Virus record (IMG/VR): IMGVR_UViG_3300033068_001989
Location: 128,001 to 192,000 of that record
Direction: 5' to 3' (one strand)
Origin: a virus
Lineage: Duplodnaviria; Caudoviricetes
Length of the DNA: 64,000 nucleotides
Positions 43,589 through 52,297 of the stretch are shown one piece after another. The stretch's first letter is position 1, and each line of letters opens with the position of its first letter. Position numbers and translations under genes: made by a program. Below the pieces are notes generated by a model. That model saw only the letters and a list, made by a program, of their open reading frames with translations, searched no databases and was not told where the DNA came from.

Positions 43589-45244
43589 TTAATTTGATAT
43601 TAGATTTCTTCTTAATAACTGACATCCATAATTTTTGAAAGAAACTGAACCTGATGCTGCTGTATTATTACCCATCCATATAAGTGGATAATATGTGGAA
43701 ACCCCAGTATTATAATCTGATGTTATATTAAGTGAGGTAACGGTCGTAGCTCCTGTAGAGTTTACTATTTTAGTTAGTTCTAGATTTATAGATGCAACTC
43801 CGGAGATTTTATAGATTCTAAGTTTATATGTTGATGAGGTTTCAGTTCCTAAAAATCCGGAACCAAGATCTAATGATGATGCTATCCCGCTGGCATCATT
43901 CCATATGAAATATAAATTTGCTGTTGCCTGTAACTTAGCAACACCTATTGAGTTTATCTGAGTTGTTGGTTCCACGTTTGTTGGTGCAACACCAGAATAT
44001 GCTGCTGATATACCAGCAAAGAACCTCTGTGCTCCATTGTTTGTATTTATTCTGAATTTATGGATATATTCAAATTCGAAATTTGTACCGATTTGCGTTG
44101 AGAATGGACTACCATAGATACCAGCAACCGAAGATGATGCTGAAGATGTTGTATATAATATGCATACCGGCTGCTCACTTACTGTGCTTACTGTTCCTAT
44201 ATTTGTTAAAGTACCGCCCCATCTCTGTGAAGAGTATGTTGTTGCGCCATCATCTGGAAGAATGAACGCATACTGATTTGTCATATTCTTTGAATATAAA
44301 TAATTATCAAAGGTTAGTTGTAAATCAGTCTGTGCTGACAATGTACCTGTTATACTTCCCCATGGACCTGCAATACCCTGAATCCCTGGATTTCCTGCTA
44401 TTGAAACTGTAAATCCTGTATATATACCGGATCCTGAGAATGTATCGGAGAGAAATAATAAACTATTACCCGTAAACGATGTAATAACCCCTTCCATCCA
44501 AACCAGACTATCAGCTATTGCTGTAGCTCTTATCCTAGTTCCGACCGTATATGCAGTTTGTGAAGAAGTTAAACTTAGATTCGAAAGACCTCTCGTTGAT
44601 ACACCTATGGTGAGAGATTGTGTGGTTGTAAAAAGTCCATCATAACCCAATCCTGTTGGACCTATTGGTCCAGGTACACCAACTGCACCTGCTAGATTGA
44701 TTGTCCAAGAATCGTAGGATATATCTGATTCTGAATTAACCTCGGTGCAAAATACATCAATTAGTCCACTTGTAGGAGAGTACGATATTATAGTCGCATG
44801 AAAATGGTTTATTGGTAGGGCATCTGGCGATATTATTACCGTTTGTGACGGTGAATATGCTAATCCAGTTCCAACGGTAAAAGAAACACTCGCACCTGTT
44901 GCAGGTATCGTTATAGTGTCGTTTGATGTTGTTGAATACCTATCCCCATTACTTCCTGTTGGACCAATAGGTCCAGTAGAACCAGTAGGACCAGTAGAAC
45001 CAGTAGGACCAATAGGACCAGTTGCTCCGCTAGGTCCAGTAGAACCAGTAGGTCCAGTAGAACCTGTTGCTCCTATAGATTCCGGATCAATCCAGAATGG
45101 TAGATAATTCCAAGGAGTAGCCCCGTCGCCGATTTTAATTTTTCCGGTGTCCGTTTCATATCCAAATTCGCCACTTAACAATATTGGATTATTTACTATC
45201 CATTTACCAGATGGATCTCTTCTTATCTGAACTCTAAATGCCAT
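43589..45244 (-). CDS. Collagen-like tail fibre protein with Mtd_N-like domain
   Basis: [29 protein letters not shown]; G-X-T repeats; beta-rich head. Confidence 0.8.
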   Translation of the reverse strand: MAFRVQIRRDPSGKWIVNNPILLSGEFGYETDTGKIKIGDGATPWNYLPFWIDPESIGATGSTGPTGSTGPSGATGPIGPTGSTGPTGSTGPIGPTGSNGDRYSTTSNDTITIPATGASVSFTVGTGLAYSPSQTVIISPDALPINHFHATIISYSPTSGLIDVFCTEVNSESDISYDSWTINLAGAVGVPGPIGPTGLGYDGLFTTTQSLTIGVSTRGLSNLSLTSSQTAYTVGTRIRATAIADSLVWMEGVITSFTGNSLLFLSDTFSGSGIYTGFTVSIAGNPGIQGIAGPWGSITGTLSAQTDLQLTFDNYLYSKNMTNQYAFILPDDGATTYSSQRWGGTLTNIGTVSTVSEQPVCILYTTSSASSSVAGIYGSPFSTQIGTNFEFEYIHKFRINTNNGAQRFFAGISAAYSGVAPTNVEPTTQINSIGVAKLQATANLYFIWNDASGIASSLDLGSGFLGTETSSTYKLRIYKISGVASINLELTKIVNSTGATTVTSLNITSDYNTGVSTYYPLIWMGNNTAASGSVSFKNYGCQLLRRNLISN

Positions 45245-45258
45245 TTTTCTTTAATTTT

Positions 45259-45888
45259 TTATGAAAGATCACCAAATAGTGTCCACGTATCAGCTTGATT
45301 TTTTATTAATGTTGCAACAGAGTATTGATATTTTAGATTTCTTAATCCTTGAGCAGAATTAATGGTAACTCCACCACCACCAGTAATACCAACTCCGCCA
45401 GTTCCACCTCTTGATACTAATATTCTTGTCCCTATCTCAAAATCGGTTGCGACGTCATTTTGTATTGTCAGATATGTCTGAGTACCCGATGTAATATTTA
45501 TTATCTTGTTTTTATCGCTAAGCTCTAGCGCATATGTTCCAGTTTGACCATTTGTCAATATGAGTGAAAAATCTAATCCGGTAGCTCCTGTTGGCCCAAT
45601 CGGACCTGTTGCTCCTGTTATACCTATCGGACCTGTTGTTCCAGTTGAGCCAGTAGCCCCAGTTTCACCAAGTCCTCCAGTAGGTCCAGTTATTCCGATT
45701 GAGCCAGTAGCTCCAGTTGGACCTGTGGCTCCATAATAATAATCAAGCTGGTTCCATGGTGTAATTCCGTCTCCAACTTTTAGTTTTCCGTTATCTGTTA
45801 CATATCCAGGTTCACCGGATAATAGAACTGGATTATTTGCTTGCCAGTTTCCTAATGTATCCCTTCTTAATAATATTCTATAAGCCAT
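45259..45888 (-). CDS. Short collagen-like fibre protein with Mtd_N-like domain
   Basis: Same N-terminal motif; G-X-T repeats; C-terminal WTLFGDL. Confidence 0.8.
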   Translation of the reverse strand: MAYRILLRRDTLGNWQANNPVLLSGEPGYVTDNGKLKVGDGITPWNQLDYYYGATGPTGATGSIGITGPTGGLGETGATGSTGTTGPIGITGATGPIGPTGATGLDFSLILTNGQTGTYALELSDKNKIINITSGTQTYLTIQNDVATDFEIGTRILVSRGGTGGVGITGGGGVTINSAQGLRNLKYQYSVATLIKNQADTWTLFGDLS

Positions 45889-45934
45889 TTTGGTTTAATT
45901 TTTTTACTTCTTTGTATATATTCAAGTATTACGC

Positions 45935-46741
45935 CTAATTTCTTCTGGCTGCTAATACTTTATTGTAATCCATTCTTATCTTATTTGCTGATAATATATC
46001 TTTTATTTGAGCATCACTTTCGTTATACCATTTTTTATATTCTGGATCAGATCCCATTGGATCATAATTCATCTTATATGGCTGCTCGTCAACATCTATT
46101 GATTCGTTTTTGTCGTATGTTTTATAATCAACTATTAACTCTATCGTAGTGTTTCCAGTCTTTTGAAGCCAATCTTTATAAAATTGACCAAAATCCCTTA
46201 TTCCGGTAACTAAATCTATGCATCCGATAGATCCTGGTAAACTTCCGCCATGTAGAAAAAATCCACTTCTCCCGAGAGTATTGGTTCCTTTCTGTGGGAT
46301 TATTGAAAATCTAAAATTTCCCCAAGCTATTCTGGATGGATCCGTTATTTCTTTGAAGTTATCACTGCTTAGTGTTACTTCATTATCAGGAAGGAGAAAA
46401 ACAGTTTGCTTAGCTAATGTCAATTTTACAAAATTTTCATCGTTTCTCCATCTTGCGTTAAGATCTCTTTCCTCTGTTGGTCCTAATTTATATTTCCCTT
46501 GTGGTATTGGACCTTCAGCTTTTATTTTCGACCATTCGACTGGAGACATATTATATCTTCTCTTCCATGAATCTGGCTTAACATACCATTGATAATAGCT
46601 CCTTCCGGAACATGCTTTCCATGATTTAATAACTCTACCATTCTCTATGAAATCTAATTTATTTCCATTGAATAATAGATGAGCTGAATCCTGAGATTCT
46701 GCTTCATTGATAAATACCTTAAAGTTTAATATATTTTGCAT
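45935..46741 (-). CDS. Tlde1/DUF2778-like L,D-transpeptidase-fold protein
   Basis: GPIPQGKY and RSGFFLHGG..PGSIGCI catalytic His/Cys motif. Confidence 0.7.
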   Translation of the reverse strand: MQNILNFKVFINEAESQDSAHLLFNGNKLDFIENGRVIKSWKACSGRSYYQWYVKPDSWKRRYNMSPVEWSKIKAEGPIPQGKYKLGPTEERDLNARWRNDENFVKLTLAKQTVFLLPDNEVTLSSDNFKEITDPSRIAWGNFRFSIIPQKGTNTLGRSGFFLHGGSLPGSIGCIDLVTGIRDFGQFYKDWLQKTGNTTIELIVDYKTYDKNESIDVDEQPYKMNYDPMGSDPEYKKWYNESDAQIKDILSANKIRMDYNKVLAARRN

Positions 46742-46861
46742 TTATAGGTTTGTTTATAATCGAATACGACAAACTATATATTCAAAAAGTATCTAGCTAT
46801 TTTCACTATAAACAAAAAAGCCCAGATATTAATACCTGGGCTTTTTAACTATCATCGATTG

Positions 46862-47245
46862 TTATTTCTGTTTTTTAAGAATAGCTGCTTGTAATGCTTT
46901 TGGTAGGGTTTTTTGTTTAGCACTTAGTCCTTTTTTTGGTGTTTTTGTTGTATCACCATCATTTTCTTTTTTGTCGGCTGCTGCTTTTTTCATGGTCTCT
47001 TCCTTGTCTCCATCCTTATCAAGATCTAAAAAATCAGGCTTTGCCTTGCTTTTTGACTTATCTCCGGATTTAGCTTCCCTTTTAGCTTTCTGTTTATCTA
47101 GATAAGCCTTAAATCCTGCATTCATTTTTTCTGATATTTCATTTCCTGATTCCTCGTTAATGAAGTTCTCAAACGTTTCTATATTTTTCATATCGAATTT
47201 TTTATTTATAGTATATATTCGATTTATTTTCATAAAAAAAGTCAA
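46862..47245 (-). CDS. Small basic virion protein (start probably MKNIETF)
   Basis: IETFENFINE motif; KPDFLDLDKDGDKEE EF-hand-like motif; Lys-rich. Confidence 0.6.
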   Translation of the reverse strand: MTFFMKINRIYTINKKFDMKNIETFENFINEESGNEISEKMNAGFKAYLDKQKAKREAKSGDKSKSKAKPDFLDLDKDGDKEETMKKAAADKKENDGDTTKTPKKGLSAKQKTLPKALQAAILKKQK

Positions 47246-47266
47246 ATCTTAAGATTTGACTTTTTT
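47234..47266. terminator. Terminator ending tRNA array B
   Basis: A-tract GTCAAATCTT/AAGATTTGAC T-tract. Confidence 0.75.
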
Positions 47267-47267
47267 A

Positions 47268-47389
47268 ATCTGATATCCCGCTGCCACGCTAGCGAAGGTT
47301 TCTAATCCTATGCTCTATTAAGAGCTTTAAATCGAAATTAAATTCCCCGAGGCTTAATCTCGGCAAGGCCGAACTTAATCTTATCAGAT
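47268..47389 (-). ncRNA. Unknown structured RNA
   Basis: Closing stem ATCTGATA/TATCAGAT with internal hairpins. Confidence 0.4.
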
Positions 47390-47394
47390 CTTTG

Positions 47395-47520
47395 TGGGGA
47401 AGGGTGGATTCGAACCACCTATTATAACATATGAAATTAATTTTATCCTTCGAAGTAACTCAAAATCTTACTACTTATCAAAGAGAATGTTGATACGAGT
47501 GTCTTTTTTGTTGCTTCCCC
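47395..47520 (-). ncRNA. Y-RNA-like tRNA chimera (permuted module inside tRNA-like ends)
   Basis: GGGGAAG/CTTCCCC-A acceptor, GGTGG-TTCGAAT-CCACC T arm; module ACATTCTCTT-tgat-AAGTAGTAA..GAGTTACTTCG. Confidence 0.7.
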
Positions 47521-47618
47521 AATTATTTAAAAATCCAACCGGACGTTTCTGTACGCCCCATTCTCCGATTACGATCGATTACGGTGGTCCCTGTTATATC
47601 AGGCCCAGTTGGATTTAG

Positions 47619-47690
47619 TTGCGGGAGGAGGATTCGAACCTCCGACCTTTGGGTTATGAGCCCAACGAGCTGCCTCTGCTCTATCCCGCT
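47619..47690 (-). tRNA. tRNA-fMet(CAT)
   Basis: GGG/CCC anticodon stem, 1-72 mismatch. Confidence 0.88.
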
Positions 47691-47838
47691 ATTTATATTT
47701 TCTGTGTGGCGCCCAAGGGAGGCTTATAAAGTTGTATAAGCCACTCCTCAAACAAAGACATAGTTCTGGTTACCCTTGATATGCTTAGCACGGACTTCTA
47801 CCGGCATTTCCTTAATTTTACAATTAAAGCGATATTCT

Positions 47839-47915
47839 TGGCGGTTCCAGGGGGATTCGAACCCCCGACCTCCGCCGTGACAGGGCGGCGTTGTAACCAA
47901 CTCTACTATGAAACC
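47839..47915 (-). tRNA. tRNA-Asp(GTC), CCA encoded
   Basis: Cloverleaf, CCGCC-CTGTCAC-GGCGG. Confidence 0.92.
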
Positions 47916-47918
47916 GTT

Positions 47919-48046
47919 TAAATAAGGGAATACTAAAGAAAGTATTTAATTTTCCGACTGGACTCGAACCAGCTACCCATTGTGAGTGAAACAATTGATC
48001 TAACCAAATGATCTACGAAGTAACTCTCTTAATTACCACTTATTTA
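47919..48046 (-). ncRNA. Y-RNA-like tRNA chimera (module on acceptor stem, loop TTCACTC)
   Basis: AAGTGGTAA..GAGTTACTTCG-[D, anticodon and T arms]-..GTATTCCCTT. Confidence 0.75.
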
Positions 48047-48130
48047 TACTTTAGCCGATATGCTTCATTGCAATTTAATTTCATGCTAATTTGAAACTTG
48101 CAGGGATTTCTCCACTCTCTCGGTTCTTTG

Positions 48131-48200
48131 TAGCGTAACGTGGACTCGAACCACCCCCCAAGCTTATGAGACTTAGATGCAACCTTTACACCTTAACGCA
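48131..48200 (-). tRNA. tRNA(CAT), Met or Ile2, divergent
   Basis: CTCATAA loop, GTGG-TTCGAGT-CCAC; imperfect acceptor stem. Confidence 0.6.
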
Positions 48201-48204
48201 ATAT

Positions 48205-48852
48205 TTATTGTTTTTTGATCCTTCCAAATTCCCATCCTTTTGACAAATGTTCATTTAGATCTATTTCTTTTATCTTCTTATCTGTCTGTCCATCATTGAT
48301 CCATCTTGTGCCAAATTGAGAGTTTTTTTCTCCTTTTTGGTTCAATGAATTCTTAAGACCCACTGATAATTTTGCCTCTTCCGTATGAGATCTTCCTGAG
48401 AAGGTGTCATACTTATATTTGCCATCTCTGTGATTTTTTTTAGCCAATTCAGAGAGATGCTTTCTTAAATTTTCTTTAAAATCAGAATCGTTGTTTACTT
48501 TTATCGAAAATGCTCTAGCACCAGATTCTGTAAATTTCTTAAGATGCTCTATACCACTAATACCTCCGCCTCCACCTGGCTGTAAATTCATACACATTGG
48601 ATCGTTTAAAAGATCCTCGTTAACTAATTCGATTTCTCTCTTTCTTAAAGATTCTCGATCTTCAAAATATTCAAGAATTTCCTTAGTGTGTGCTTCCTTA
48701 CCGTGCTTTCTTATCGATTCTCTTATTCTTCTACCACTTCCCATGTAACCATCATCTAAGTTATGCGTAGAGTGAATCCCTATGTAATATTTACCATTTT
48801 TTGTATTTGTTATTTTATACGAATAATGATATTTATATTTTTTTCTAGCCAT
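48205..48852 (-). mobile_element. Free-standing GIY-YIG homing endonuclease (Seg-like, NUMOD3)
   Basis: YSYKITN..YYIG.H..YMGSG, HTEE motif; inserted in the tRNA array. Confidence 0.85.
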
Positions 48853-48906
48853 CTCTATACCCTATTTTTATCTATATATCAAAAATAGGGTACGAAATCG
48901 CGGGCG

Positions 48907-48978
48907 TAGCCCGTAGGGGAATCGAACCCCTCTTACCAGGATGAAAACCTGGCGTCCTAACCGATAGACGAACGGGCC
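48907..48978 (-). tRNA. tRNA-Glu(TTC)
   Basis: Cloverleaf, CCAGG-TTTTCAT-CCTGG. Confidence 0.92.
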
Positions 48979-48983
48979 AAATT

Positions 48984-49129
48984 TAGGAAATAATGATGGA
49001 GTACCCGATATCGCTCCAATCTTTACTGCTTAATAATAGTTTTACAGTGCACCGGCAGAGGGTGTGTGAATCCTATAGAGCTGAAGGTGGCGTCGACACC
49101 TTGTCTTCAGCGGAAACCATTATTTCCTA
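48984..49129 (-). ncRNA. Unknown structured RNA
   Basis: 12-bp closing stem TAGGAAATAATG/CATTATTTCCTA with internal hairpins. Confidence 0.45.
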
Positions 49130-49777
49130 TTTTTTATTTCTTCCTAGTAACCATCCATCATTCAGATATTCGTTAAGGTCGCATCCCTTAATCTTTTTAT
49201 CCTCCTGATTTTTATTTACCCATCTTGTACCAAATTGTGAATTTTTATTACCAATTCTATTTATAGAATTTTTTTCACCTATTATTTTTTTGGTATCTTC
49301 TGTATGTTTTTTATCTTTGAAAGTTGGAGATCTCTCTGAATATGCTCCGTCCTTCCATGCTTTTTTAATCGTCTCGGAGGTCAACTTTTTAAAATGGAGT
49401 CTAAAATCCGCATCATTTTTTAACTTCTCTGAAAATCCCCTTCCCCCCGAGGAGCTGCATTTTTTCATATGCTTCTCGTTTATAAACCCTCCACCACCAC
49501 CGGGCTGTAGATTCATGCACATTGGATCATTTAATAAATCCTCATTAACTAATTCAATTTCTCTTTTTCGTAGGGATTCTCTGTCTTCGAAATATTCCAA
49601 AATTTCCTTGGTGTGTGAATCCTTTCCATGTCTTCTTATTGAATTTGTAATCCTTTTACCACTTCCAAAATAATCATCATCAAGATTATCTGTAGAATGC
49701 ATACCTATATAATATTTACCATCCTTTTTGTTGGTTATCTTATAGATATAGTGAAACCTCTTTTCTTTTCTTGCCAT
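49127..49777 (-). mobile_element. Free-standing GIY-YIG homing endonuclease (Seg-like, NUMOD3)
   Basis: YIYKITN..YYIGMH..YFGSG, HTEDTK; paralog of 48205..48852. Confidence 0.85.
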
Positions 49778-49831
49778 TTCTATACTTTAATTTAGATTAT
49801 GTATCTAAACTAAAGTACGAAATCGCGGCTG

Positions 49832-49905
49832 TGGTCCCTGTAGGGCTTGAACCTACGACCCCCTGATTATGAGTCAGGTGCTCTAACCAACTGAGCTAAG
49901 AGACC
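49832..49905 (-). tRNA. tRNA(CAT), probably Ile2 (reads ATA after lysidine modification)
   Basis: Cloverleaf, CCTGA-CTCATAA-TCAGG; Ile2 identity inferred from GGTCTCT acceptor and presence of separate fMet and Met genes. Confidence 0.75.
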
Positions 49906-49914
49906 GTTAATAAA

Positions 49915-50135
49915 AAAAGAAATATCCAAACCAATTTCACATCCCTTTACTCTTTGGTTTACCAGTCTTGCGGACTGTGCTGGTCATCTTCCGTTCTTTT
50001 CTCAAAATCTTTAGGTGTTCTTACTATCTCTATCAGATCACTGGGATTTTTGTTGAATTGAGTTTATTATGATCGGTCTATTGCGTCAGGGTATGGCAAC
50101 CAATAGACTTGTACCTCTCCAAAAATATTTCTTTT
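49915..50135 (-). ncRNA. Unknown ~220-nt structured RNA
   Basis: Closing stem AAAAGAAATAT/ATATTTCTTTT; internal hairpins; lies just after a promoter and boxA-like element. Confidence 0.45.
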
Positions 50136-50180
50136 AATTCTTTATGTTAATGAACGTTGTTTCTTTGTTTATTATTGTAT

Positions 50181-50214
50181 TGCAAAAGTATGATATTCTT
50201 TCGGGATAAAAAAA
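50181..50214 (-). promoter_or_regulatory. Early promoter inside array B
   Basis: TTTTTTTATCCCGAAAGAATATCATACTTTTGCA. Confidence 0.7.
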
Positions 50215-50267
50215 TTATTTTTGATATTTTTTTGAATTTTTTCAAAAATAATTTTTTATCACCTTTG

Positions 50268-50341
50268 CCGAGATAACGGGAATCGAACCCGTTTCGCACG
50301 CCGTGACAGGGCGGCATCCTTCGCCAGTGGACCTTACCTCG
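50268..50341 (-). tRNA. tRNA-Asp(GTC)
   Basis: CTGTCAC loop, ACGGG-TTCGATT-CCCGT. Confidence 0.8.
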
Positions 50342-50350
50342 AATATTTTG

Positions 50351-50440
50351 CGGAGGGTGAGGGGCTCGAACCCTCGCGACCTATCACTAGATCCTACCTG
50401 TTTAGCAAACAGGCCTCTTCACCAACTTGAGTAACCCTCC
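50351..50440 (-). tRNA. tRNA-Ser(GCT)
   Basis: Cloverleaf with long variable arm, G73. Confidence 0.92.
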
Positions 50441-50494
50441 GAATACAAGCCCAGAAAATTGCGCATGCTAGCAGAGGCGTTCTGGGAATTGTTG

Positions 50495-50581
50495 TACCCC
50501 GAGCCGGAGTCGAACCGGCACGCTCCTTTCGGAACACCAGATTTTAAGTCTGGGGCGTCTGACCATTTTCGCCATCGGGGC
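50495..50581 (-). tRNA. tRNA-Leu(TAA)
   Basis: CCAGA-CTTAAAA-TCTGG, long variable arm. Confidence 0.92.
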
Positions 50582-50588
50582 ATTAATT

Positions 50589-50680
50589 TGGTACAGATGG
50601 CGGGAATCGAACCCGCGTTTGATGCTATCTCAACAACCGCTACGAGTATAGAAGATATAAGCTTCCATCGGTACATCTGC
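50589..50680 (-). ncRNA. tRNA-like RNA without a D stem, CCA encoded
   Basis: GCAGATG/CATCTGT-ACCA, GCGGG-TTCGATT-CCCGC; irregular long hairpin in place of D and anticodon arms. Confidence 0.6.
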
Positions 50681-50688
50681 TAATTTTG

Positions 50689-50763
50689 GGTGACTGGTGG
50701 GGTTTGAACCCACGACCTCCTGAACCACAATCAGGCGTTCTAACCAGCTGAACTACAGCCACC
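50689..50763 (-). tRNA. tRNA-His(GTG)
   Basis: Cloverleaf with G-1 and C73. Confidence 0.92.
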
Positions 50764-50818
50764 ATGTTACGATCTATAAGGCCAGATCGTCAGCCAGTGC
50801 CTTCTCCCTAGGGAGATG

Positions 50819-51097
50819 CTATTTATTATCTCTATTTTTACCTAGATGATATCCGTCACAGAATATACATTTATAAACACTGAAATATTTACCATGTTTC
50901 CTTTGCATTGAATCTGCTGCCTTTCTTGCTGATTCCTTTGTTGGAAATCCCTGTTTTTCCTTTCCGTCCATTCTATAATGGCTTCTTTTATCAAATAATC
51001 CTAATGCATTACCTGTTATAAAGAAATTACGAAATGCTCTTTTTAAGGGAAGCTGATCCTTCAAACCAAGAATCAAATTCTTTAATTTAATTGGCAT
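50819..51097 (-). CDS. Hypothetical basic protein (CxxC..H)
   Basis: YKCIFCDGYHLG. Confidence 0.65.
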   Translation of the reverse strand: MPIKLKNLILGLKDQLPLKRAFRNFFITGNALGLFDKRSHYRMDGKEKQGFPTKESARKAADSMQRKHGKYFSVYKCIFCDGYHLGKNRDNK

Positions 51098-51533
51098 TTT
51101 CTTTTGTTTTATTAAATTCGTCCGCGGTTACTTTTTTTATCGGTGTAAATAAAGCGAACCCATCGTCGTCTTCGAAGTGATTGCATTTATCGATGAAATA
51201 GTTTCCCATCTTAAATCTCCAATATTCAAAAACGTTCATAGTTTCATTCCATCTTCCGATTTTACCTCTTCTATGATCACCTAGATAGAAAGCACCATCT
51301 TCGAGTTCATTCTTAGGTATTGCACCAGCTTTAATGAGTCTTGGTATATAGTATTCTTTATACTCCTTCTCGTTAACTTTTGGTATTTCTGGTACGTCTT
51401 GCGGAATTTTAAAAGTCTTAAGATTATCCCATCTTTTTCTTCTAAGCTCCTCAAAATTCTTTTTATCAATTTCCCTTTTTTCCTCAAGGAACTTTTTGAT
51501 CTGTTCGATTTTTTGTTTTTTGTCTGGTTCCAT
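51087..51533 (-). CDS. Hypothetical protein
   Basis: ORF within the tRNA array. Confidence 0.65.
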   Translation of the reverse strand: MEPDKKQKIEQIKKFLEEKREIDKKNFEELRRKRWDNLKTFKIPQDVPEIPKVNEKEYKEYYIPRLIKAGAIPKNELEDGAFYLGDHRRGKIGRWNETMNVFEYWRFKMGNYFIDKCNHFEDDDGFALFTPIKKVTADEFNKTKENAN

Positions 51534-51551
51534 GACTATGTTTTTAATTAG

Positions 51552-51634
51552 AGGTACCTGTCAGATTCGAACTGACGTGAGATTTCTCTAGCGGTTTTGC
51601 AGACCGCTCCTTTCAACCACTCAGGCAAGGTACC
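51552..51634 (-). tRNA. tRNA-Cys(GCA) with long variable arm
   Basis: GCGGT-CTGCAAA-ACCGC, U73, variable arm TAGAGAAATCTCAC. Confidence 0.85.
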
Positions 51635-51642
51635 GTGTTTAG

Positions 51643-51715
51643 AGCCTAAGACAGGGGTCGAACCTGCGACCTGCTGATTACAAATCAGCTGCTCTACCAA
51701 CTGAGCTACTTAGGC
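51643..51715 (-). tRNA. tRNA-Thr(TGT)
   Basis: Cloverleaf. Confidence 0.93.
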
Positions 51716-51723
51716 ATTTTTTG

Positions 51724-51809
51724 AGGAGACCAAGGGGATCGAACCCTATGCAGTTGCCCGCACCCGATGCTTTCCAGGCATGGACTATCACCGTTTAGTA
51801 TTGATCTCC
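51724..51809 (-). tRNA. tRNA-Ser(GGA), divergent
   Basis: ATGC-CTGGAAA-GCAT, long variable arm. Confidence 0.75.
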
Positions 51810-51923
51810 ATTGAGGGTTGACATATAGAATCTTTCCTATTTTCTGCGGTATAGGTACCATCATGGATTCCGTTGACCGATTCGTCTTTATAACCCCATA
51901 CGGAACAAGCAGGGTAACCTAAG

Positions 51924-52011
51924 CGGAGGGAGTGGGATTCGAACCCACGGGAGTAATTAGCTCACACAAGATTTCAAGTCTAGGCGCTTTTGACCACTTG
52001 CGCACCCCTCC
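51924..52011 (-). tRNA. tRNA-Ser(TGA)
   Basis: CTTGAAA loop, long variable arm, G73. Confidence 0.9.
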
Positions 52012-52042
52012 AATTTACTTTTACAATATTTCAATGAACAAT

Positions 52043-52075
52043 AAAAAAGGTCTCCTTTTTAGAGGAGACCTTTTT
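52043..52075 (-). terminator. Attenuator terminator upstream of tRNA array B
   Basis: GGTCTCCT-ctaaaa-AGGAGACC followed by T tract. Confidence 0.85.
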
Positions 52076-52097
52076 GATATTATTATATGTCTTAATA

Positions 52098-52190
52098 TCA
52101 ATACTCTCTCCTCATTACAATAGACGATTCACAAGTTGAACTCGTGTGATCTAAATGTAATGTATCTAATATGTACTGTATTTGTGACAT
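52098..52190 (-). CDS. Leader peptide B, 30 aa (MSQIQYILDTLHLDHTSSTCESSIVMRREY)
   Basis: Manual translation; A-rich initiation context; contains antiterminator GAGGAGA; codons match array B. Confidence 0.75.
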   Translation of the reverse strand: MSQIQYILDTLHLDHTSSTCESSIVMRREY

Positions 52191-52201
52191 GATTTTTATT
52201 T

Positions 52202-52272
52202 TTATAGATTTATATATCTAATTGATTTTAATATTTTATGCAAATTTAATGAAATGTTTCGAATAAAAAAAA
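52202..52272 (-). promoter_or_regulatory. Tandem early (TAAATTTG) and late-type (GATATATA) promoter block, copy B
   Basis: 52202-52248 is identical to 63034-63080. Confidence 0.8.
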
Positions 52273-52297
52273 TTATTTTTTATTTTTTTTTCAATAT

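Noticed and set aside
39497-45888. Diversity-generating retroelement suggested by Mtd_N-like domains
   Set aside because: There is no reverse transcriptase or template/variable repeat pair in the window; Mtd_N is a common fibre attachment domain.
48984-49129. Hammerhead ribozyme suggested by CTGAAGA
   Set aside because: The CTGAAG is paired within a stem and no correctly placed GAAA or UH core follows.
49915-50135. RNase P RNA suggested by GGTAAACC
   Set aside because: The P4 signature GAGGAAAGTCC and the matching 3' strand were not found.
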